DNA of 44,910 nt, taken from the NCBI GenBank assembly GCA_021399395.1, contig JAAFKJ010000021.1, forward strand, positions 1-44,910. The letters run 5' to 3'. A program made the position numbers and the translations under genes. The notes below the pieces were generated by a model. The model worked only from the letters and a program-made list of their open reading frames with translations. It had not been told where the DNA came from and ran no database searches. This DNA comes from Candidatus Heimdallarchaeota archaeon (GTDB lineage Archaea; Asgardarchaeota; Heimdallarchaeia; Heimdallarchaeales; Heimdallarchaeaceae). Below are positions 37,368 through 44,910 of this stretch, piece after piece (the first letter of the stretch is position 1; each line of letters begins with the position of its first letter).

Positions 37368-37946
37368 TTAATCGACTAGTTCTATATTTTCTGCAATTTC
37401 CCTTTTCACTAGCCCTCTAGCATTTTCTTTAGGCAATACACTTACATCTTCTTCTTTAAAAGGTCCATATGGATTACCGTCAATTCCTTGAAATCCCTCT
37501 TTAGTGCTTTTGAGAAACCTAACAGCTACTAATTCAATTGCTTCCTCTGCTTCCTCAACACTTTCTTTACCTACAATTGAGTCTATATCTGTGTATACTA
37601 TATCCTTAGGAGAGAAAATATCTTTGCGATAAACATCATATAATATCTTTATTCGATCATAGAAATTTTTCTCTTCTCTTGCTAAAATGACAGTGATTTC
37701 TTCTTTATTCAAAACAGCTTGAAGTATTTTTGTTGTTCGTATCGCCAAAAGATCATCGATCACATAACGCATTCTACCTAATTTCTCTTCAAGAACTTTC
37801 TTTATAATGGGATTAATCTCTTCTTTAGCTCTAACAGTTTTTGTTTTCAGAAAATCTCTCATAGCTCCATAAAATGCCTCATTCATTGGAGTAAGTTGTG
37901 TTTTTTCCCTTTCCTCTTTCCATTTATTCTGAATTCTGTCGAACAA
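37368..37946 (-). CDS. GINS complex subunit (Gins51/Gins15 type)
   Basis: W-x2-E...L-x5-FY, RTTKI, LAREEK-x-FY; C-terminal B domain GIDGNPYGPFKEEDVSVLPKENA; downstream of PCNA. Confidence 0.85.
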   Translation of the reverse strand: MFDRIQNKWKEEREKTQLTPMNEAFYGAMRDFLKTKTVRAKEEINPIIKKVLEEKLGRMRYVIDDLLAIRTTKILQAVLNKEEITVILAREEKNFYDRIKILYDVYRKDIFSPKDIVYTDIDSIVGKESVEEAEEAIELVAVRFLKSTKEGFQGIDGNPYGPFKEEDVSVLPKENARGLVKREIAENIELVD

Positions 37947-38006
37947 TTTCTTACCTCGTTCTATTGTAATGAAATAAATTACTCCCTCATTCAGTCTTAA
38001 AATTAC

Positions 38007-38792
38007 CTAATCTATTTCTTCGCTTTCTTCAATTCTTGGTGCTACGAAGTAAATCAAATGTCCTTTATCCTCAATTTCGTAAATTAATCTAATAGGTTGT
38101 TCCTGATTAAATGAAATTTTAACATAGTCTGAAGATCGTATACCTTTAAGAAAGTTAGAGAGAAAATCTAATGAATACATGGCTTCAGATTCACCAGTTA
38201 CTTGAAAAGCTGCAGTTTCCATTTCTTCACTTTTTGGTTCTATGAAGGTGTCCATCTCTTTTGTATCGCTTTCAGCTCCAAAGAAAATTCCATCTTCTCT
38301 AGCCTTTATCTTTAGATAATCGCTTACCATCTCTGCGTCTTTTAATACTTGTTGAATAAATGTTGCTTTTACTTCGAAATTGGTGTCAAAATCGATATGA
38401 ATCGAATCTGGGATGTTTCCTTCGTCTGGAATATCAATCAAAGATAAAGCAAATTTCCTTAGTTGGTTCTTACCCTGGAATTCCACTACGAACCGTTTTG
38501 TTGCATCATCCAATGTCATTTTCAAACTTTCGTTTGACTTTGCAGTCTTCAGAATTGTATTGAGTGTTTCCAAACTTAAGCCAACTACAGTTGTTTCTTT
38601 TACTTCATATTTCTGGAATGCTTCTTTTTTCATGAAGAAATCAATCATAGAAATACGAGTAGCATCGAAAGCTTTGATTCTAATACCATCATCTGCTACA
38701 TTTATACTGCTTTCTGCAACTATTGAACTGATTATTGAACTTATGTTGGACATTAATTTTGCGTCCTCTAGTACCATTTCAAAACTCATCAT
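38007..38792 (-). CDS. pcn: DNA polymerase sliding clamp PCNA
   Basis: AFDATRISMI, YSLDFL, P-x-RL-x-Y, YFVAPRIE. Confidence 0.95.
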   Translation of the reverse strand: MMSFEMVLEDAKLMSNISSIISSIVAESSINVADDGIRIKAFDATRISMIDFFMKKEAFQKYEVKETTVVGLSLETLNTILKTAKSNESLKMTLDDATKRFVVEFQGKNQLRKFALSLIDIPDEGNIPDSIHIDFDTNFEVKATFIQQVLKDAEMVSDYLKIKAREDGIFFGAESDTKEMDTFIEPKSEEMETAAFQVTGESEAMYSLDFLSNFLKGIRSSDYVKISFNQEQPIRLIYEIEDKGHLIYFVAPRIEESEEID

Positions 38793-38882
38793 AATACCCC
38801 GATTTTCTTGTTTATTACCTAGAAGTTTCTCATTCTCCTTTTTATTATTTCACTATATAAGGGAATCGCATATTGAAGCTAC

Positions 38883-39230
38883 TTAAGTATTAGCTTTTCT
38901 TAAAGATTGTTCGAGTTGATTGAGTTGTCTGTAGGAATCAAGGTCTATTTCATTGAAATCTTGTATGAATGTTGTTGTCATCTGTTTTTCTGGTTGGATG
39001 TTTACATAACCAAAAGCCCGAATTGTAATACCATCTTCAAGTTTCAAACTGATTTCCTCAGGAATGGTTATAGTTAATTGTCCAAAACCATCATCTATCA
39101 ATATGGAGTTCTCAGTCACATCCACAATCTTACCTACGACACGGTATTTACCTGGTTGTTTGATTTCTGCGATATTAGAATCAACAAAAGGTTTAATTTT
39201 ATACTCTTTTTCATTTATTGAATTGCTCAT
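38883..39230 (-). CDS. Small OB-fold protein, RPA14/Rpa3-like
   Basis: IAEI, RVVGKI, IDDGFG, IRAFG, IQDF-x3-D followed by a C-terminal helix, as in the smallest archaeal RPA subunit. Confidence 0.75.
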   Translation of the reverse strand: MSNSINEKEYKIKPFVDSNIAEIKQPGKYRVVGKIVDVTENSILIDDGFGQLTITIPEEISLKLEDGITIRAFGYVNIQPEKQMTTTFIQDFNEIDLDSYRQLNQLEQSLRKANT

Positions 39231-39243
39231 TATTTCTCACCAA

Positions 39244-39597
39244 TTAATCGTATTCTCTCCATGTTTCTCCACACTCTGTGCATCTGAAGAAACGTGTGGG
39301 TGATTCATCAGCACTTCTGGTCTGTACCATCCAGAAACTTACTTTTTGATTTTTTTGACATTCAGAACAATAGATAATATTGGTAGGTAATGTTGAATCA
39401 GCTTGACTTACTTCTACTACTTCCATTATTTCCTCTACTGGATCATGTTCAATTTCTTCAGTGTGACTAAAATCTTCATCCTTTGCTAGTTTTCTTTTAT
39501 ATCCACATTTTGTGCAAATGAGAATACTTTTACCTTTATTGTCTTTGTCTGTATGGAGTAATTTTCCGCAATCTGGGCAAAAATCCATAATTATCAC
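39244..39597 (-). CDS. tfs: Transcription factor S (TFS/RpoM family)
   Basis: FCPDCG...CTKCG and QTRSADESPTRFFRCTECG, with the acidic DE hairpin intact. Confidence 0.93.
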   Translation of the reverse strand: MIIMDFCPDCGKLLHTDKDNKGKSILICTKCGYKRKLAKDEDFSHTEEIEHDPVEEIMEVVEVSQADSTLPTNIIYCSECQKNQKVSFWMVQTRSADESPTRFFRCTECGETWREYD

Positions 39598-39699
39598 CTT
39601 TGTTGTATGATATATTAATTTATATCACTTCTTTTTAGTCTTATAGAAAAATGTTTTTGAATTTATCCTTCTTTGTCAAACAAAAATTAACACCAATAG

Positions 39700-40227
39700 G
39701 TGATCAAACTGGCAACATGTGAAATGTGTGGTCGTGAAATATTTGGAAGGCCGATTTCCATAAAAATTGAAGGCGCAGAGTTATCGGTATGCCCTGGATG
39801 CGCTAAACACGGTAAGAAAGTAGTCAAACCTAAACCTAAACCCGCTGCTTCTAGAATGCGAACTCCTACACAAGGTTCTTCTACACCCTCTAGGACATTT
39901 TCATCCCGAAGACCAAGGGTAACAAGAGCGGATAAACAATTGGTTTCAGATTTCAATGAACGTATTAGACTTCAGAGACAAAAGATGAAATTAAGTCAAA
40001 AGGATGTATCGTTTCAAACAAAAATATCAATTTCTGAACTTCAAAGTATAGAAACGGGGAAAATGCGCCCTTCTGATAATCTAATAGAGAGACTTGAAAA
40101 ATTCTTTGAAATTAAAATTACTGAAGAAGTTGTAGCAGTTGGAAAGAAAGACCAGCAAAAAGGTCCTGCTTTTCAAACACTCGGAGATATAGTTGTAATC
40201 AAAAAGAATAATGAAGATGAAGAGTGA
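39700..40227 (+). CDS. Multiprotein bridging factor aMBF1
   Basis: CEMCG...VCPGCAKHG Zn ribbon, HTH with IETGKMRP, TLGD motif. Confidence 0.92.
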   Translation: MIKLATCEMCGREIFGRPISIKIEGAELSVCPGCAKHGKKVVKPKPKPAASRMRTPTQGSSTPSRTFSSRRPRVTRADKQLVSDFNERIRLQRQKMKLSQKDVSFQTKISISELQSIETGKMRPSDNLIERLEKFFEIKITEEVVAVGKKDQQKGPAFQTLGDIVVIKKNNEDEE

Positions 40228-40249
40228 ACTAATTTTACTTCTCTATTCT

Positions 40250-40459
40250 TTAAAGAGTTACAACATCTAGTTTAGAAGAGAGGTCATTAATAATCGATTC
40301 AGCTTCTTTCATGGGAAGTTTGATAGTATATAATCTCTTCTTTGTTCTGAATTTTATTTTGATATCATCCTTATGACGTTTTGTTCTTACTTCTCCACTT
40401 TGATCAATGGTAAGTTGGATAATCTTTTCCAATTCCTCTTTAGATATTTCTTTGGGCAT
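40250..40459 (-). CDS. rpl38e: Ribosomal protein L38e
   Basis: MPKEI...VRTKR...KIKFRTKKRLYTIKL...EAE matches the eL38 pattern; 69 aa. Confidence 0.8.
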   Translation of the reverse strand: MPKEISKEELEKIIQLTIDQSGEVRTKRHKDDIKIKFRTKKRLYTIKLPMKEAESIINDLSSKLDVVTL

Positions 40460-40569
40460 TTTGCTTCGAGATGCAACAATTGAAATTTTTTAAAAAAGTT
40501 TTGATTTAGAGGTTTTTTAGAATCTTCAACAAAATATAAAAAACAAAACAGGGATTAAGTGATAGAAAC

Positions 40570-41094
40570 ATGTCAAATCTAGGGATACCTTCGAAAGAAA
40601 AATGTAAAAAGATTCTACAGAAATACAATACTCCAGCCAATGTTATCAAGCATTGTTTGCTAGTAACAGAGATATCTGAGGAGTTTTGCAATAAAATTGA
40701 CCAAATCGATAAGGATCTTGTAATTGCTGGAGCTATGTTACATGACATTGGTCGATCAATAGACCATTCTATAAAACACGCCATTGAAGGAGTTAGAATT
40801 TTAGAAAGAGAGAATCTAGACCCAAGAGTTATCTCCATAGTGAAGCGACATATAGGAACAGGAATAACTAAGAATGAAGCAGCCAAATTAGGGCTTCCTG
40901 TAGAAAATTACATCCCCTCTACAAAAGAAGAATTACTGGTTTCTTATTCCGATAATCTCGCTTGCGGAGACAAAAGATGCTCATTTGAGGAAATTCTTGA
41001 ACTGTTCATAAGAAAATTCGGTAATGATTCTCATGTTGTAAAAGAGTTCCATAAACAAAAAGAAATTATTGAAAAAATGTTAAGTTCTAATTAG
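40570..41094 (+). CDS. HD (HDIG) domain metal-dependent phosphohydrolase
   Basis: VIKHC, LHDIGRS, HAIEG, RHIGTG, YSDN. Confidence 0.9.
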   Translation: MSNLGIPSKEKCKKILQKYNTPANVIKHCLLVTEISEEFCNKIDQIDKDLVIAGAMLHDIGRSIDHSIKHAIEGVRILERENLDPRVISIVKRHIGTGITKNEAAKLGLPVENYIPSTKEELLVSYSDNLACGDKRCSFEEILELFIRKFGNDSHVVKEFHKQKEIIEKMLSSN

Positions 41095-41112
41095 GTAAGA
41101 GTTTTAACCTAA

Positions 41113-42315
41113 TTAGATGAAACCAGTAGTTGTTCTAGCTGTAGTTTCTTTATCGCCTACGAGTTTCTTTATTGAATCGACGAAATCACCATTAACCACG
41201 TGATCTCTTTCTGCTCGAATTGCAAACATACCAGCTTCTGTACAAATATTCTTGACGTCTGCGCCACTAGTACCTTCAGTCATGTGAACCAGATAATCTA
41301 AATCAACGTCACCTTTGAGGTTCATTCCTGAAGTGTGAATCTTGAAAATTTTCATCCTGCTTTCTGAATTTGGAATTGGAATTTCAATCATTCTGTCAAA
41401 TCTTCCAGGTCGTAATAATGCTTGGTCAAGGATATCTATCCTATTTGTAGCAGCAATAACTTTTACGTCACCTCTAGTATCGAAACCATCCAATTCTGAC
41501 AGAAGTTGCATCAAAGTTCTTTGTACTTCTCTATCTCCACTTGTTGCTAGATCTATCCTTCGGCTTCCAATAGCATCCAATTCATCTATGAACAGTATAC
41601 TTGGTGCATTTTCTCTAGCAAACTCAAATAACTCTCTTACTAATCGAGCACCATCACCTATGAACTTCTGTACTAACTCGCTACCTATCAAACGAATGAA
41701 AACAGCTTCAGTTTCATGAGCAACTGCTTTTGCTAGCAAGGTTTTCCCAGTTCCAGGAGGGCCATGGAGGAGTATCCCCTTAGGGGGATCAATTCCTATT
41801 TTTTCAAATAATTCTGGTTTAAGTAAGGGTAATTCCACTGTTTCTTTAATCTCCAAAATCTGATCATCAAGACCACCAATACTCGCATATTTTTCAGGAG
41901 GTTTTTCGATCAATTCCATTTTTTGAACCATTGGATCTTGTAGAGTTGGTAGAATATTAACGATAGCAAAAGTTCTCTGATTGAGTGCTACACGTGTATC
42001 AGGTTTAAGATTGTTAACATCAACTTGACGAGAAATAGATACAACGAGATTTGGGCCAGTTGTACTTCGTACTACAGCAGTCTTATTATCGAGGATTTCG
42101 ACAATCGTCCCCATAAACAAGGGAGGAGACCGTAACCTTTCTAGTTCAACTTTGAGATTATTTACTTCTCTTTGAAGCCTTAATCTCTCACTTTCTACCA
42201 TTTGTTTTTCTGTTTCTAATTGTCTAGCTTGTCTCTCAAGATGGTGTGCATAAGAGATTAGATATGCTGGGTCGTTTTGATCAGGTTCAGATCTCTCTTT
42301 TGACAGTTTTAACAC
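41113..42315 (-). CDS. pan: Proteasome-activating nucleotidase
   Basis: Coiled coil plus OB domain, [33 protein letters not shown]. Confidence 0.96.
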   Translation of the reverse strand: MLKLSKERSEPDQNDPAYLISYAHHLERQARQLETEKQMVESERLRLQREVNNLKVELERLRSPPLFMGTIVEILDNKTAVVRSTTGPNLVVSISRQVDVNNLKPDTRVALNQRTFAIVNILPTLQDPMVQKMELIEKPPEKYASIGGLDDQILEIKETVELPLLKPELFEKIGIDPPKGILLHGPPGTGKTLLAKAVAHETEAVFIRLIGSELVQKFIGDGARLVRELFEFARENAPSILFIDELDAIGSRRIDLATSGDREVQRTLMQLLSELDGFDTRGDVKVIAATNRIDILDQALLRPGRFDRMIEIPIPNSESRMKIFKIHTSGMNLKGDVDLDYLVHMTEGTSGADVKNICTEAGMFAIRAERDHVVNGDFVDSIKKLVGDKETTARTTTGFI

Positions 42316-42495
42316 CCTCGTAGTTTCTCAGTATTTTCTAAAGCAGAAATATATAATAACTTTTGTTTTCTGGTCATACCTCTGCCTTACATATTATAAT
42401 AATGAAGAAACCTATCAATGGTAGTAATTGCATTAAAAATATAAAAGAACATCAAAAACAGCAACTTTAAGTGTATATTTTAATCATCATTCTTA

Positions 42496-43020
42496 ATGCT
42501 AGCTGTATTAAGATTATCACATAGGGTTTTTAGAGATAAGAGAATCTCAACACACTTAGCACTTACAGCTAGAGCTTTTGGAGCGGACGAATTCTATTAC
42601 ACTGGAGAACATGATTCACATTTGGAAGAAAGTGTTGAAAGAATGTGCAATGAATGGGGAGGAAACACTAAAGTAGAGCACATAGAAAGTCCTTGGGGCT
42701 TCATTGAGCAGTGGAAGAATTCAGGTGGAACCATAGTTCATCTTACTATGTATGGCATCGATTTAACAGACAAGTTATTTGAATTAAAACAAAAAGAAAA
42801 GTTGTTAATCGTAGTTGGGGGAGTCAAGGTTCCTGGTGCAATCTATGAACTAACAGATTATAATATAGCAATAGGTAATCAACCACACAGTGAAGTAGCA
42901 GCACTTGGTATTTTTTTGGATCAAATCTCTGATAGCAAAGCTAGAAAAAAAAGATTTGAAAATGCTAAGAATGTTATAACTCCTTCTGAAGACGGTAAGA
43001 AAATGGAAAAAATAGAGTGA
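42496..43020 (+). CDS. trm56: tRNA (cytidine56-2'-O)-methyltransferase
   Basis: RDKRISTHLALTARAFG, HLTMYG, KVP, NQPHSEVAAL. Confidence 0.95.
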   Translation: MLAVLRLSHRVFRDKRISTHLALTARAFGADEFYYTGEHDSHLEESVERMCNEWGGNTKVEHIESPWGFIEQWKNSGGTIVHLTMYGIDLTDKLFELKQKEKLLIVVGGVKVPGAIYELTDYNIAIGNQPHSEVAALGIFLDQISDSKARKKRFENAKNVITPSEDGKKMEKIE

Positions 43021-43796
43021 TAAAAATGTTGACAGTTGCTGTTTTAGAGAAAACCTACAATGTAGCTAGGCATAGTTCAATCAAAGCTTTTACCTTTATA
43101 CTTGATGAAGAATTGAAAGGTTTGGATGTGGAAGTCAAAGAAATCACCTTCAATAGAGAAAAATATGCGGAAATAACTCTAGAAGGAGAGGATGAAGAAG
43201 TTGCTAAGAATCTTATAATCAAAAACTATGGTACTAATAGAAGTATAGCAGAGGTTAAACTAGGTGATGAAATCTACGGAAGATGCAAAGATGTAGGTGG
43301 TGTGAAGTTTGGTTTCTTCGCTGATGCAGGGATTCTGAGCACAACAAAAAAAATCGATGTCCTCTATCCACTTTTTGAACTAAGAGAACAACTAGCTGGT
43401 GGAAAAAAGATTCCTCTACTTACTATTATGAGAGCCTATGGGTTCACAGAAAATTTACCTCTATTCTTTGAGATTACAAAAAGGCAAATAATAGGTTCAA
43501 AGGTTTGGGTGAAACTTACAGAAAAATCATTAAGTTGGCTGAAAAAGCCATCAGACGAAAGGAAGGATGCTTTGATCGTCTGTGGAGTAACAAGAAGAGC
43601 GATAAAAAATGCACTTATCACCTCCAACCATGCTGAAGATATAGAAGAAGTAGAAAGAATTGGGATTTTGGAATATCGATTGGTTTGCAAAAGAGGAACT
43701 AGAGCAGAGGGATTAATTCCAGAAATAGGCTATCTTCTGGGTAGAGCTAAAATCGGTGCTCAGGTTTATACTAGAGTAAAGGAATTACTTGATTAA
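43017..43796 (+). CDS. Conserved archaeal protein, DUF2110-like
   Basis: GEDEEVAKNL, VGGVKFGFF, ERIGILE, GT-x-A-x-GLI; follows trm56. Confidence 0.65.
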   Translation: MIKMLTVAVLEKTYNVARHSSIKAFTFILDEELKGLDVEVKEITFNREKYAEITLEGEDEEVAKNLIIKNYGTNRSIAEVKLGDEIYGRCKDVGGVKFGFFADAGILSTTKKIDVLYPLFELREQLAGGKKIPLLTIMRAYGFTENLPLFFEITKRQIIGSKVWVKLTEKSLSWLKKPSDERKDALIVCGVTRRAIKNALITSNHAEDIEEVERIGILEYRLVCKRGTRAEGLIPEIGYLLGRAKIGAQVYTRVKELLD

Positions 43797-43798
43797 GA

Positions 43799-44908
43799 TT
43801 GGTGATAATCGTGGAAATTTCAGTTCCAACAATACTAATTGATAAGGACATAGTACTGAAGAACATAAAAAACATGGCTGAAAAAGCAAGAAGACATAAT
43901 ATTGTTTTCAGACCACACTTCAAGACACATCAATCAGTTGAAGTGGGGGAATGGTTTAGGGATTTTGGAGTTGAATGTATAACAGTTTCGTCAGTAAACA
44001 TGGCAAAATGCTTTGCAGATGCAGGATGGAAAGACATCACAATATCTTTTCCTGTTAATGTTTTGGAAATAGATGAGATCAATACCCTTGCCAAAAGAGT
44101 GAAGTTGAATCTTCTTGTAAATAATAGAGATTCTATTAAGTTTCTACAGAAGCATATTGAAACGCATACAGAAGTCTGGATCAAAGTGGATGTTGGTTAC
44201 CATAGAGCAGGTCTCCCATGGGATAGGTCCGATGAGATAATAAAAATAGCTAAGGAGATTGAGTCTTCAAAGAAATTGAAGTTCGCAGGTATCTTAGTAC
44301 ATTCAGGAAACTCGTATAAATCTAAAAACAACTCTGAAATATTAGAAGTTCATAAGGAAGCATCTGAAAGAATTGCTACTCTTAAAGAACAATTGATCCA
44401 AGAAGGGTTTGACCTAGTCAAAGTCTCCATAGGGGATACACCCACTGCAAGTATTGCAGATGATTTTGAAGGAGCAGATGAATTACGACCGGGTAATTTT
44501 GTTTTCTATGACCTAAAGCAGTTGCAAATTGGTTCATGTACTGAGGAAGATATAGCGATAAGAGTTGCTTGTCCAGTTGTGTCAAAAAATGAAGAGAATT
44601 TAGAATTGATAATTTATGGTGGAGCAATTCATTTCTCAAAAGATATCACTTTAGATGAAAAAGGAAGGTATATTTTTGGATATCTCATAGAAGAAAAAGA
44701 TGGTAAATGGGGATCTATAGTTAAGGAATCTTATGTTTCATCATTAAGCCAAGAACATGGTATTGTAAAAACTGACGGTGAACATTTTGAGAAAATTAAC
44801 GTAGGAGATGTTATATTAATTATACCAGTTCATTCATGTCTAACAGTAAATATCATGAAAAAGTTTAGATTAACAACTGGTGAAGAATTTGATGCACTTT
44901 GTAGTTAA
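43799..44908 (+). CDS. PLP-dependent fold III enzyme, D-serine dehydratase / D-threonine aldolase family
   Basis: RPHFKTH (PLP Lys), DVGYHRAG, GDTP, RPGNFVFYD, SQEHG, PVHSC. Start may be GTG 43811. Confidence 0.88.
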   Translation: MVIIVEISVPTILIDKDIVLKNIKNMAEKARRHNIVFRPHFKTHQSVEVGEWFRDFGVECITVSSVNMAKCFADAGWKDITISFPVNVLEIDEINTLAKRVKLNLLVNNRDSIKFLQKHIETHTEVWIKVDVGYHRAGLPWDRSDEIIKIAKEIESSKKLKFAGILVHSGNSYKSKNNSEILEVHKEASERIATLKEQLIQEGFDLVKVSIGDTPTASIADDFEGADELRPGNFVFYDLKQLQIGSCTEEDIAIRVACPVVSKNEENLELIIYGGAIHFSKDITLDEKGRYIFGYLIEEKDGKWGSIVKESYVSSLSQEHGIVKTDGEHFEKINVGDVILIIPVHSCLTVNIMKKFRLTTGEEFDALCS

Positions 44909-44910
44909 GC

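Overview
AT-rich archaeal core-genome window. An Asgard (probably Heimdallarchaeia-like) origin is inferred from gene content and protein style, not proven. It is dense in housekeeping genes: aRF1, AspRS, SRP54, a long RNA-modification/translation cluster (TrmY-Pus10-L21e-Rpo4-DUF655-KsgA-HemK2-TrmJ-METTL5), aIF2a-Nop10, Csl4, Rpo11, PINA, EndA, NAC, a scattered A/V-ATPase (D; H-F; A-B), TFE, S27e, GINS-PCNA-RPA14-TFS, MBF1, L38e, PAN and Trm56. There are also two intron-containing tRNA-Leu genes. No CRISPR array, rRNA, transposase or integrase is visible. The most interesting non-routine elements are: (i) a membrane-anchored, polyproline- and Lys-rich protein ending in a WH2/VASP-like helix with LKK, a candidate actin nucleation-promoting/elongation factor; (ii) a tandem pair of long bactofilin-like beta-solenoid proteins, one with an N-terminal SHOCT-like helix; (iii) a small two-TM protein that aligns without gaps to eukaryotic DPM2 as recalled; (iv) a surface-anchored clan CD (caspase/legumain-like) protease; (v) tRNA introns carrying a second, anticodon-matched pairing site; (vi) a cupin PGI homologue that has lost its metal ligands. 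All family calls come from motif recognition by eye; no database search was run.
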